Shown here in pieces: positions 48,316 to 57,747 of a DNA stretch of 64,000 nt. Each line of letters opens with the position of its first letter. Positions within the stretch are counted from its first letter, which is position 1. Under the pieces are notes generated by a model. It worked only from the letters and a program-made list of their open reading frames with translations, made no database searches and was not told the origin of the DNA. This DNA comes from Dehalococcoidia bacterium. Its GTDB lineage: Bacteria > Chloroflexota > Dehalococcoidia > Plut-88900. The stretch covers positions 2,304,001 through 2,368,000 of the forward strand of contig OZ240219.1 of assembly GCA_965197645.1 (NCBI GenBank). The letters are read 5' to 3'. A program made the translations under genes and the position numbers.

Positions 48316-49947
48316 TTACCCCGCCGCCACAGCCTCCGAGCGATGGGCGATGTCCGCCAGCACGGCCCTGCTGGTGTTGCGTCCGGGCACGCCTGTCACA
48401 AAGCCTCCCGGCCAGACCCCCGCTCCCGTCAGGTAGAGTCCCTCCAGGGGTGTCCGGTAATCGTTGGCAAGGGGGTGGGGACGCGGCCCGAACAGGGTGT
48501 GGGGCAGCATTTCGCCGTGGGTGATGTTGGAGCCGATGATGCCCAGCTCCGCTTCGCATTCCACCGGACTGAAGCTGCGCACGTCCAGGATCCGGTCGGG
48601 CAGATCGGGCATGAACTCCGTGAGCGTCTCGATGGACCGTTTGGCAAACCGGTCTTTTTCCTCGGGCCACTCACCCTCGGCCAGATGGTAGGGAGCGTGC
48701 CAGATGTTCAGACTCATGATGTGCCTGCCCTCCGGCGCAAGCTGGGGGGATGTGACCGAGGGGATGAGACCCCAGATGTTTGGGTTCTCAGACGACCGAC
48801 CGGACATGGCTTCTACGGTCGATCTTTCGATGCTTTCCAGGGAATCAGCTATCCGCACCTGGCAGGTGGTAGCCTGCTCCTGGGTGAGACCGTCGGGTAG
48901 GTTGGCGTAGGTTGGGACGCCGTCCAGGGCGAGGGCCATCTTGAACGTGGAACCCCTCATCTGCAGCCGTGAGATATCGTCCCGCATCTCTGCTCCCACC
49001 GCGGCGTCATCCAGCAGGTCCCCGAACAGGGTCTTTGGGTTGATGGAGGAGATGACGATTCCGGCCTCGTGGACCGTGCCGTCCTCGCACTCTACACCGT
49101 AGGCCTGTCCGTCTCGATGCATGACACGGGCGACCCGCGTCCCCGTTTGGAGCGACACGCCGAAGCCCCGGCATCGATTGGCGATGGCATCGATAATCGC
49201 TCCCATACCGCCTATGGGGTGACCGGTGGAGCCGCGAAGAGGCATGCGCCGGAAGTCGCCGGCCGGAAGCGCTGTTGAGGAAGCGAGGGCGAGAGGCCGC
49301 AGCATCAGCCCGCACGCTGTGCCAGGGGATGACTGGGTCACCATGCCCGCGTTGGAGGCCAGCAATCCGAGCAGGGTGCGGGCCTCGTTAGTTTTCAGAT
49401 GGTCGTAGAGGATGTCCCGCAGGCTGCCGTGAAACACCCTCTCGAACAGGTCGCTGTCTGCTGCCGTCTCGAGGCCCGAGGCCATTGAGGTAAGTCCTGG
49501 GCAGGGCTCGAAGATCGACACTCCCAGCCGTGTCGCCAAGTCCTCCAGCGAGGCGATGAAGCTCCGGTAGCGTTCTCCCTCGCCGGGGGACAGCGCGTCC
49601 ATCTGGGCAGCTACACGGGACTGGTCTCGCCAGACCACGAAGGGACTCTCGGGGAAGAAGTGTATAACCGTGGGGTCGGACCGCTCGAAGCGGAGGCCTG
49701 CCTCGGTTAGCTCCAGCTCTTCGACCACCCGCCATTCCAGGGACCCGGGGGAGTTGGAGAAGCTGGCGGTGTATCCGGGGAAGAACTCGAAGCTGCCGCA
49801 GGGGCCTCCGAACACCTCCCGAGATTCCAGCACCAGCACTGATAGGCCCGCTTTGCCCAGGTAGGCAGCACAGACCAGCCCGTTGTGGCCGCCACCGACG
49901 ATTATGGCGTCCCACCGGCGGGACCCGTTGCGTCCTGATGTAGTCAC
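48316..49947 (-). CDS. Phytoene dehydrogenase-like FAD oxidoreductase
   Basis: GGGHNGL..AAYL, GGMGA, YRTPLEGLYLTGAG.WPGG.VTG.PGRN. Confidence 0.88.
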   Translation of the reverse strand: MTTSGRNGSRRWDAIIVGGGHNGLVCAAYLGKAGLSVLVLESREVFGGPCGSFEFFPGYTASFSNSPGSLEWRVVEELELTEAGLRFERSDPTVIHFFPESPFVVWRDQSRVAAQMDALSPGEGERYRSFIASLEDLATRLGVSIFEPCPGLTSMASGLETAADSDLFERVFHGSLRDILYDHLKTNEARTLLGLLASNAGMVTQSSPGTACGLMLRPLALASSTALPAGDFRRMPLRGSTGHPIGGMGAIIDAIANRCRGFGVSLQTGTRVARVMHRDGQAYGVECEDGTVHEAGIVISSINPKTLFGDLLDDAAVGAEMRDDISRLQMRGSTFKMALALDGVPTYANLPDGLTQEQATTCQVRIADSLESIERSTVEAMSGRSSENPNIWGLIPSVTSPQLAPEGRHIMSLNIWHAPYHLAEGEWPEEKDRFAKRSIETLTEFMPDLPDRILDVRSFSPVECEAELGIIGSNITHGEMLPHTLFGPRPHPLANDYRTPLEGLYLTGAGVWPGGFVTGVPGRNTSRAVLADIAHRSEAVAAG

Positions 49948-50041
49948 GACGCGGGTCCAAGAAAGCTGTAGTTACATAGCCGCATCTGTTGGAGACCTGC
50001 CATTCTCGGAGCCTCCGCCACGAGCGCTTACTCCCTGTCCT

Positions 50042-51172
50042 CTAGATACCGTATATTCTGGCAGCGTTTCCGCCTACGAGCTTGGCCCGCTCCTCGTCGG
50101 TACACTCGGCCAAGGTCTCTTCGATGAACTCCTGAGACTTGGGCCAGGTGCCTTCCGAGTGAGGATAGTCGGAGCCCCACATGATGTTGTCCACGCCGAT
50201 GATGTCCCGGTGTTGGATCCCCAGGACGTCCTCCTGGAAATCGGCGAAGCAGTTGCTGCGAAAAACGTCGCTGGGGAGGGTATCGCCCGGCAGCCGGTAC
50301 CCGTCCCTGCCCAACGCTCGATCGTTGTAGCTGAAGTCGGTGCGCTCCAACCAGTAGGGGATCCAGTTGAGCTCGTGCTCGGCTACGCCTAACCTGAGTT
50401 TGGGGAACCGGTCGAACACGCCGCTGAGGATGGCCTCGGTGAGGGAGACCCGAACCCAGAAGTCGGCGTTGTGTAAGAGGAAGTTGGCGAAATCGAAGGG
50501 GTCTGTCAGGTCCCTGTCCCACCCCCGGCCCGGCTTCACCCGGGCGGTGGAGATGTGAAAGGTAAGGGGTATGCCTAGGTCCTGGGCGCAGGCCCAGAGA
50601 GGATCATATTCCTCGGACCGATAGCTCCTTGCGGCGACGTACTCGGGAATGGTCGCTCCTACGAACCCCAGCTTGGCGCAGCGCTCTATCTCCTCCACAC
50701 CCTCTTGCACGTCGTCGATGTTGATTACGGCCACGGCCTTGAGTCTTTCGGGGTTTGCTTTGCAGAAGTTGGCGGCAAAGTCGTTGTATGCCCGGTCGAT
50801 GGCTGTCAGGAGCCGGCTGTCCTCGACGAAGGGATACAGGAAAATGGTGAGACTGGGATAGACCAGACCCATGTCGAGTCCGTCTATGTCCATGTCTTTT
50901 ACCGCCTCTTCGCCGATATAGGCCCCGGGCCGGACGTTCTCCCAGGACTCCACCTGGTTCAGCTCCTCCGCATCCTCTAACCGCTGGCCCGGCTGGGCCC
51001 CCATGGCGAAGATATTGAAGTGGGGCATGCCATCGACGAACCAGAAGGGCCCCGTTTCCGTATCTCTGACGTTCGGCCCCCGTTCTCTAAGCTCGGGCTC
51101 AAGACCGTTCGACCATAGGTCCGGAGGCTCTACGATGTGGTTGTCAGACGAGATTATCCTGTAGTCGGCCAT
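50042..51172 (-). CDS. Amidohydrolase_2 family protein
   Basis: ISSDNH.VEP, AYND, FH, GVFDRFP.L, WGSDYPHSE. Confidence 0.9.
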   Translation of the reverse strand: MADYRIISSDNHIVEPPDLWSNGLEPELRERGPNVRDTETGPFWFVDGMPHFNIFAMGAQPGQRLEDAEELNQVESWENVRPGAYIGEEAVKDMDIDGLDMGLVYPSLTIFLYPFVEDSRLLTAIDRAYNDFAANFCKANPERLKAVAVINIDDVQEGVEEIERCAKLGFVGATIPEYVAARSYRSEEYDPLWACAQDLGIPLTFHISTARVKPGRGWDRDLTDPFDFANFLLHNADFWVRVSLTEAILSGVFDRFPKLRLGVAEHELNWIPYWLERTDFSYNDRALGRDGYRLPGDTLPSDVFRSNCFADFQEDVLGIQHRDIIGVDNIMWGSDYPHSEGTWPKSQEFIEETLAECTDEERAKLVGGNAARIYGI

Positions 51173-51264
51173 GACGCACCCTCCTCTGTTGATCTACATC
51201 ATACCAAACTGTTCCAAACATCCCTAGGGGCCGCACTCACGGGTTCAAGCAGAGCACTCAACCG

Positions 51265-52818
51265 TCATCCCCGGCTGCCCAGCAGCTGGTCTCCCAGCTT
51301 CATGCCGATAAGCATGCTCGTAAGGTTTGTGTTGGCCAGGGGAATGGTCGGCATGATGGAGGCGTCGGCCACGTAGAGGCCCTCCGTCCCGTGTACCCGG
51401 CCCCGGCTGTCCACCACGGCCTCCGGGTCCGAGGCCGGCCCCATCTTGCACGTGCCGACGGCATGGGCGTAGTTGACGATACTCAGCTTCAGATGGTCCC
51501 TGATCTGGCCCTCGGTCCGAAGGCTGTTCCAGGGCTCCGACTCCATGTCGAAGGCCGAAGCCAGGGGCTCCTTGCCGGCGAAGCTTCGCACCAGGCCCAG
51601 CCCGTAGGTCAGCACTGCCATGTCCCGACCCTCGGGATCGGACAGGTAGCGGGTCAGTATCCTCGGCGGAAAGTCCGGGTCTTTGCCCCTGAGCAGCACT
51701 TCTCCTCGGGATACGGGGGCCATGTTGCACACGAAGAGCTCTAGGGCCCGGTCCTCCAGCGACCTGATGACCTGGGAGGGCATGATATGAAGATCGAAGG
51801 GGCCCTGGCAGTAGGGACTCTTTGCTCTCAGCATCACCTGGCCCCGGTAGGTGTCCCGTTCCGCACTGGCCCGGGTTATCCTCTGCCACATATCGGAGGT
51901 GGGCAGGTGTCGCATGTAGAACGAGGGATGATCGTGCAGGTTCCGGCCCACACCGGGCAGATCGGTTTTCACGTCGATGTCCAGCTCCCGGAGATGGTCT
52001 CCAGGGCCGATACCCGACCGCATTAGGATGGCCGGAGAGCCGTATGTCCCGGCGCTGAGCACCAGCCTTTCCGCCCTCAACTCGACCAGCCCGTCCTTCG
52101 ACCGGCATGCAACGCCGACAGCCCTGTCACCCTCGATAATCAGCCGGTCGGTCAGGGTCTCGGGGAGGATGGTGAGATCGGGATGCCGTCTCACCGGGTC
52201 GAGAAAAGCAAAGGCAGCGCTCCACCTGATCGAGTCCTTGACGTTGGCGTGATAGGACCCCACACCCTCCTCCGGCTCCGGACTGCTCATGTCGTCGAGC
52301 CTGGGAAAACCGTCCGCGGCGCACGCCTCTATGAAGGAGCGTTGATAGATGGACAGCTCGTCCTCGTCCATCCGCTCGGTGTAGAGGGGGCCATCGAGCC
52401 CGCGGTAGGGAGTGACAGAGCCGGGTGCGACCCCCTCGATCCGCTGGACCAAGGGCCGGAGGTCATCGTAGCTCCAGCCGGGATTGACTGCCTGGGCCCA
52501 GGCGTCGTAGTCAGAGGGAAGTCCCCAGATGGCGGCGCAGTCGTTATGAGCCGAGCACCCGCCGACAACCCTGGCCCTGGCCTCGACGAAGTCGGGGCCT
52601 TCGTGTCGTTCCGCATAGTAGCCCCAATCGTGGCTCACCGGGTCGTGCCTGGGATCGAGCAGCTCCGGCGGCCATCGGCCATCGTCCAGATGTCCGTAGT
52701 CCGGGCCCGCCTCCACCAGGCAGACCGAGAGCCCGCCCGACTGACACAGCTGATAGGCCAGTGCGCACCCGGCGGATCCGGCTCCTATAATAACTACGTC
52801 GAACCGTTGTTTGTCTAT
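51265..52818 (-). CDS. GMC oxidoreductase (choline dehydrogenase-like), apparent ATA/ATC start
   Basis: The frame extends upstream of the listed GTG to IDKQRFDVVIIGAGSAGC. Also VGGCSAHN, VGRNLHDH, HAVGTCKMG, ANTN. Confidence 0.85.
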   Translation of the reverse strand: MDKQRFDVVIIGAGSAGCALAYQLCQSGGLSVCLVEAGPDYGHLDDGRWPPELLDPRHDPVSHDWGYYAERHEGPDFVEARARVVGGCSAHNDCAAIWGLPSDYDAWAQAVNPGWSYDDLRPLVQRIEGVAPGSVTPYRGLDGPLYTERMDEDELSIYQRSFIEACAADGFPRLDDMSSPEPEEGVGSYHANVKDSIRWSAAFAFLDPVRRHPDLTILPETLTDRLIIEGDRAVGVACRSKDGLVELRAERLVLSAGTYGSPAILMRSGIGPGDHLRELDIDVKTDLPGVGRNLHDHPSFYMRHLPTSDMWQRITRASAERDTYRGQVMLRAKSPYCQGPFDLHIMPSQVIRSLEDRALELFVCNMAPVSRGEVLLRGKDPDFPPRILTRYLSDPEGRDMAVLTYGLGLVRSFAGKEPLASAFDMESEPWNSLRTEGQIRDHLKLSIVNYAHAVGTCKMGPASDPEAVVDSRGRVHGTEGLYVADASIMPTIPLANTNLTSMLIGMKLGDQLLGSRG

Positions 52819-53004
52819 GATAACCTTGTCCCAACAGGAGGGCGGATACTACTGGCGGGCACGCTGCAGTGCTCCTCGCTCTGCCCGCTTCGTCATCCCT
52901 GCTATCATATACCAACCAACAACAGCGATTGTATACGTGACGAATACGGTTCGAAGAGTCCGGAGAGCCGACTCTAATGACCAACATAGCGATGGAGGGT
53001 TAGG

Positions 53005-53694
53005 ATGCCGCAGCTACCGATTATCTACACGGTTAGACTAGACATAACGCCCGAAGCAAGGGACGAGTTCGAGGCGTGGGCCAGCACCAAGCACATAGAT
53101 GACCTGCTGGCGGCGGGCTTTCTCAGCGCGACGAGGTTCAGGGCCTCCAAGGGTCGCCCGGAGTACATGCACCTGTACGAGCTGCCCGACATTGAGCTGC
53201 TGCAGACCGAGGAGTACCAGAACGTAGGCAAGAACGATGCGACCATCGCGAAAGTGAAGGACCAGCTAAGTAACCACTCGGCATCGCTGTATGAACAGGT
53301 GATAGCGGTGAATGTGCTGGAGACGCCGCGCAGCTTTCCCAGCCCAAGGGAGAGCTCGGTGGGAGGCGTACAGAGCAAGCACCTGATAACGGTGCAGATG
53401 GACGTGGAAGCGGGGCGGGAGGAGGAGCTTGTAAAGTGGCACGAAGAGGAGCACATACCGACTCTGTTGCAGGCCAAGGGCATGGTGAACGGTCGTCTGT
53501 GCCGGAGGGCTGCCAACCATCCGACGACACCCTGCCGCGACCCGGAGTGGGTTTCGATCTACGAGATGGAGGGCCCCGAGACTTTAAGGGACCCTAAAGT
53601 CAAGGAGGCCAACGAGACGGAGTGGGCCAAGCGGATGCACCAGGCCACCTCGGACGTGAGGTTGTGCGTGCTGGAGCGAATCACCCCTGCGTAG
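53005..53694 (+). CDS. Tandem dimeric alpha/beta-barrel protein (DUF4286/EthD-like)
   Basis: Two repeats: W...H...L...GF..A.R...Y..LYE and W.EEEH.P.L...G...R...IYE. Confidence 0.6.
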   Translation: MPQLPIIYTVRLDITPEARDEFEAWASTKHIDDLLAAGFLSATRFRASKGRPEYMHLYELPDIELLQTEEYQNVGKNDATIAKVKDQLSNHSASLYEQVIAVNVLETPRSFPSPRESSVGGVQSKHLITVQMDVEAGREEELVKWHEEEHIPTLLQAKGMVNGRLCRRAANHPTTPCRDPEWVSIYEMEGPETLRDPKVKEANETEWAKRMHQATSDVRLCVLERITPA

Positions 53695-53754
53695 AGCGTT
53701 TTTGGACCGGACCCAACCTGGAAACAGTCTGCCTGGCCGCGGGGTCCTTCAGCG

Positions 53755-53935
53755 CTACTGAAGGGCTCCTGTCATAATGTCGTTGTTGGCCCTGTTGGCG
53801 CCGTGGTAGGCCTGGCACGCGACTATCTGGCCTTCCGCCAATACCGTCCTGTCCGCCGCCCCTTGGCCCAGAACCAGTCTTTGTGGTCCGGGTTATACCC
53901 CGACTTCTTGTACATGACGGTGGTTGCATCGAAAG
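53755..53935 (-). pseudogene. Degraded C-terminal fragment of a cytochrome P460-family gene
   Basis: DATTVMYKKSGYNPDHKDWFWAK, frameshift, then AADRTVLAEGQIVACQAYHGANRANNDIMTGALQ*. CxxCH has decayed to CQAYH. Confidence 0.65.
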
Positions 53936-54026
53936 CACATTTATACCCGAGACCAACCGCGGGAAGTCGCGGAAGTGGTATCGGAATGGGCCGGTCTGGA
54001 CATCCGGGATAAGAAAAGAGGGCGCT

Positions 54027-54419
54027 ATGGACTTTGAAACGATCTCCCAGATTGCAAACATCGTGATGGCTGGGTTCATCATCCTGGCCCCGATGGCCGC
54101 TTTCATCCTCTGGGGGCTGGCAAGGCGCAGGCGCAACGAGAGCGTGCGCGAGGTCTACGACCAGCTCCAGGAATGGGAGGATATCCTGGAGAAGGACGAG
54201 GACCAGCTGTTCAAGAAGATAGAGGACGAGAAGATGCCCAGGGAAGCCGCCACAATGGCCCTGCTGATGCAGATCGAATCCAGGCTGACCGAGCTGCACG
54301 CCATCCTCATGACCGACTTCACCTACAAGCACATGCGCCCCCACGAAGTCCCCAAATGGCTGAAGAGCCTGGAGGTGCGCTTACTTAAGTCCAAGCGGGA
54401 ATGGGCTGACCGAACCTAA
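54027..54419 (+). CDS. Hypothetical single-pass membrane protein
   Basis: ATG after AGAGG; N-terminal TM followed by RRRR and a helical region; host-like codon usage. Confidence 0.6.
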   Translation: MDFETISQIANIVMAGFIILAPMAAFILWGLARRRRNESVREVYDQLQEWEDILEKDEDQLFKKIEDEKMPREAATMALLMQIESRLTELHAILMTDFTYKHMRPHEVPKWLKSLEVRLLKSKREWADRT

Positions 54420-54446
54420 CGTCTGGTACAAGACCACGAAGAAAGG

Positions 54447-55106
54447 ATGGAGATGATGGCGACTCAGGACAGGCGAAATGTAGGAACACCAAACAATCCG
54501 GTGTCTTGGCTTCACCAGCGGGCGGTAGCACTACTCTATGACGAACTTACACGTCCCGATAACGAAGAAGGGATACGCGCAATGCTGTCGCCAGACAGTG
54601 AGCTATCTCACGACCTCAAGGAAGGTGTCGAACGAGTCAAAACTCCCGACGAGTGGGACAATATTGGCGGGATCGTTCCTGACCTTATCCTGTACGGCCA
54701 CGACGACAAGCCTGTTCGAATCATCGAAGTCGTCGTTAGCAGTCCGCCGGACGCCCGGAAGCGCAAGAAGCTGGAAGCCCTACGCAGCAGGGGAGTTGAT
54801 GTGGTCGAGATAAAGGTCAACGAGGAGAGAGACCTTTTGAACCTGTGTTGGGTACCGTGGACGCCCAGGTTTACTTCTCTAACCAGCAAGGACACGTTCT
54901 CAGTCAATATAGCGACGAATCAACACAAGAGCGGTAAACGCCGCCAGCAGGACAAGGTGATTCAAGAGCTGATTGTAGCCTTACAATCTTGCAGCCCTAA
55001 GGTACGTCGCGATTTTTGGAATGTCTTGAAGCACCTGGGGCAGTTGGATTCTCTCTACCCAGTCAGGCCAGACAACCCGTATCGACAAGAGCTGGAGGCA
55101 TCCTGA
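54447..55106 (+). CDS. Hypothetical protein with PD-(D/E)XK-like motif
   Basis: IVPDLIL...IIEVVVS...K; lower GC. Confidence 0.5.
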   Translation: MEMMATQDRRNVGTPNNPVSWLHQRAVALLYDELTRPDNEEGIRAMLSPDSELSHDLKEGVERVKTPDEWDNIGGIVPDLILYGHDDKPVRIIEVVVSSPPDARKRKKLEALRSRGVDVVEIKVNEERDLLNLCWVPWTPRFTSLTSKDTFSVNIATNQHKSGKRRQQDKVIQELIVALQSCSPKVRRDFWNVLKHLGQLDSLYPVRPDNPYRQELEAS

Positions 55107-55141
55107 ATAAGGGGATGCAACCGGCAATTCCAGCCCCGCCG

Positions 55142-55849
55142 TCAGCTGCCCAGGAAGACCTCGGTGAGGATGTCGGTTTCCCGTACCGATTGGGGAGTGC
55201 CGTCATGCACGACTTGGCCCTTGTCCAGCACATAGGCCCGGTCCACGATGTCCAGAACGCCCTTGATATTGTGTTCCACTACCATGATGGTGGTCTGGAG
55301 CACGTCGCTGATGTCGGCGACCTTCTGGAACACCTCCCTCACCAGGATGGGCGCCAGTCCCAGGGTGGGTTCGTCCAGGAGCAGCATATCGGGAGCGGCC
55401 ATCAGACCCCGGCCCAGGGCCAGCATCTGTTGCTGGCCCCCGGACATCTGGCTGGCCAGGTCGCCGCGTTTCTCATACAGGATCGGGAATAGCTCCAGCA
55501 CCGACTCCATCCGACGCTGTTTTTCCTCCCTGTCTTCCAGGTAGAGACAGCCCATCTCCAGGTTCTCCTGGACGGTTAGATGGGTGAAGACCCGCCGCCC
55601 CTGGGGCACGAAGGAGATCCCCTCCTTCACTATCTCGTGAGTGGCCGCCGCCAGCCGACTTTCCCGCCAATAGACATCGCCTTCGACCACGGGTGCCAGA
55701 CCCATGATGGCCTTGAGGACGGTGGACTTTCCGGCCCCATTGGGGCCCATCACCGCCACTACCTCGCCCTTCGTGACCGCCAGCGAGACCTTGTCCAGGG
55801 CTACGACCACCCCATAATGCACCGATATGTCGGTCAACTTCAGCAGCAT
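55142..55849 (-). CDS. livF: Branched-chain amino acid ABC ATPase
   Basis: GPNGAGKST, VPQGRRVF, SGGQQQM, LLDEPTLGLAP. Confidence 0.9.
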   Translation of the reverse strand: MLLKLTDISVHYGVVVALDKVSLAVTKGEVVAVMGPNGAGKSTVLKAIMGLAPVVEGDVYWRESRLAAATHEIVKEGISFVPQGRRVFTHLTVQENLEMGCLYLEDREEKQRRMESVLELFPILYEKRGDLASQMSGGQQQMLALGRGLMAAPDMLLLDEPTLGLAPILVREVFQKVADISDVLQTTIMVVEHNIKGVLDIVDRAYVLDKGQVVHDGTPQSVRETDILTEVFLGS

Positions 55850-55929
55850 AGTACTAGTCCTTCTACTCCATTCCTCTCAGGATATCGGATTGGGTAGGAT
55901 GTGCCCGACTCCACGTATAAGGCGGCAGT

Positions 55930-56691
55930 CTAGTCGCCCAGGTAGGCTTCGATCACCTCTTGTCTGCTCAGGACCTCGTCCACCTCCCCCTTTGCCAGCA
56001 GGGTGCCGCTATCCAGGACGATTATGCGATCGGACAGCTCCCGAACGATGCTCATGTTATGGGAGACGAAGACTATGGTGTGGCCCTCGGCGCGCATCTG
56101 CTTAATTATGGTCTTGACCCTCTCCACCATCTGGGGAAACAGCCCGGCGAAGGGCTCATCGAGCAGGTAGGTCTTGACGTTCAGCGCCATGGCCCGGCCT
56201 ATCTCCAGCAGCTTTTGCTGGCCATAGGACAAGTCCTGGGCCAGGAAGTTGCGCTTGTCCCAAATGCCGACGTTTTCCAGGATGCTCTGGGCCTTTTCGC
56301 GGTGCCGGGCCTTGCCGCGTTCCAACAGGGCGGACAGGAGGCGGCGCTCGGTCAACACCACCATGATGTTGTCCCACACACTGAGCTGGCCGAACAGCCT
56401 TACTTCCTGGAAGGTGCGGGTCAAGCCGTGCTGGGGACTTTCATAGGCCTTCAAGACCCGCAGGCCAACGTCATCGATGATCACCATCCCCCCATCGAGG
56501 GGCAGCGTTCCGCTCAGCAGGTTCACCAGGGTCGATTTTCCCGAGCCGTTCGGGCCGACGATGCTGGTGATGCCTCCGCGAGAGATGGTAAGGCTGAGCC
56601 GGTCGACGGCCTTGACCGCTCCGAAGTGCTTGGAGATCTCCCGCGTCTCCAGGGCAAGTTCCTCCGCGTGGTCGGTGTCGAGTTCGCTCAT
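55930..56691 (-). CDS. livG: Branched-chain amino acid ABC ATPase
   Basis: GPNGSGKST, RTFQ, LSYGQQKLLEI, LDEPFAG, EAYLG. ATG 56691 overlaps the livM stop. Confidence 0.9.
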   Translation of the reverse strand: MSELDTDHAEELALETREISKHFGAVKAVDRLSLTISRGGITSIVGPNGSGKSTLVNLLSGTLPLDGGMVIIDDVGLRVLKAYESPQHGLTRTFQEVRLFGQLSVWDNIMVVLTERRLLSALLERGKARHREKAQSILENVGIWDKRNFLAQDLSYGQQKLLEIGRAMALNVKTYLLDEPFAGLFPQMVERVKTIIKQMRAEGHTIVFVSHNMSIVRELSDRIIVLDSGTLLAKGEVDEVLSRQEVIEAYLGD

Positions 56692-57743
56692 AGCTTGTAC
56701 CTCCCCGCCAGCCCCTGGGGCCGGAACAGCATGAGCACCACCAGTAAGATACCTAGGACCACCTGTCGAGCTTGGCCAACGTACTCGGTGGGCAGGCCCG
56801 GTAGAAAGCGCATTCCTTCCTCCAGCAGAACGAAGGCCATCGCCCCCAGGAGGGAACCTCTGAGCGATGCCAGCCCTCCCAGTATTACTATCGATACCAG
56901 CAGCACCGATTCCAACAGAATGAAGGAGTTGGGGTCTATGAACGTGGTCCAGCTGGCGAACAATCCCCCGGCCAGGCCGGCCATCATCGCCGATAAGACC
57001 CATATGGCCAGCTTGTAGTGGGTGGCCCGGTAGCCGAACACCTCTATCGCCTGCTCGTCTTCCCGGATGGCCGTCAGCACCCGTCCAAAGGATGAGGACA
57101 CGATGAGCCAGCAGACCAGCAGGACCAGGGCCAGGAACACTAAGACCAGCAGCAGGAACTCCAGATCGCCGTTGAACACCCAGCCGCCTATGGCGGGAGT
57201 CGCTATTTCGTGGATGCCGAACGGCCCCCGGGTCAGCGTCCTAAAGTTCAGGAACACGCTGAAGGCGATGATGGCGAACCCGAAGGACACCAGGACATAT
57301 ATGTCGTCCCGGAATCGATTGAACATCACCCCCACGATGACGGCCACCAGGCCCGCTGCGGCCGCGCTGATGGGCAGCACTGCGAAGAAGGGCCAGCCGA
57401 AGGTGGGGATGGCCTCGGTGCGCAGCTGTTCGTAGAGCGGGTCTGAGGTCAGGATGGCCATTGCATAAGCGCCGATGCCGAAGAAGCCGATGTGCCCCAC
57501 CGACAACAACCCTGTATAGCCCACTACCAGATTCAGGCTGACGGCAAGTATGGCCCAGATGCCGAAGACGGTGCCCACGGTGATAGCGAACCCGGGCCCT
57601 TTCCACAGCATGAAGCCAACCGCCCAGCTTATGATCAGCAGGTTGGCCCACAGCTCCAGGTTGCCCTTGCCGGCTTGCCAGAGCACTCCGGGATCACTGG
57701 CCAGTCTCTTTACTCCTGTGTAGAGCCTTGAAGTCATCAGCAT
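56688..57743 (-). CDS. livM: Branched-chain amino acid ABC permease
   Basis: GYTGLLSVGH..FFGIGAY, FGRVLTAIREDE, RPQGL. Confidence 0.9.
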   Translation of the reverse strand: MLMTSRLYTGVKRLASDPGVLWQAGKGNLELWANLLIISWAVGFMLWKGPGFAITVGTVFGIWAILAVSLNLVVGYTGLLSVGHIGFFGIGAYAMAILTSDPLYEQLRTEAIPTFGWPFFAVLPISAAAAGLVAVIVGVMFNRFRDDIYVLVSFGFAIIAFSVFLNFRTLTRGPFGIHEIATPAIGGWVFNGDLEFLLLVLVFLALVLLVCWLIVSSSFGRVLTAIREDEQAIEVFGYRATHYKLAIWVLSAMMAGLAGGLFASWTTFIDPNSFILLESVLLVSIVILGGLASLRGSLLGAMAFVLLEEGMRFLPGLPTEYVGQARQVVLGILLVVLMLFRPQGLAGRYKL

Positions 57744-57747
57744 AGGC

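Noticed and set aside
48316-49947. Carotenoid biosynthesis (crtI)
   Set aside because: No crtB/crtE nearby; motifs fit the broad phytoene-dehydrogenase-like oxidoreductase family.
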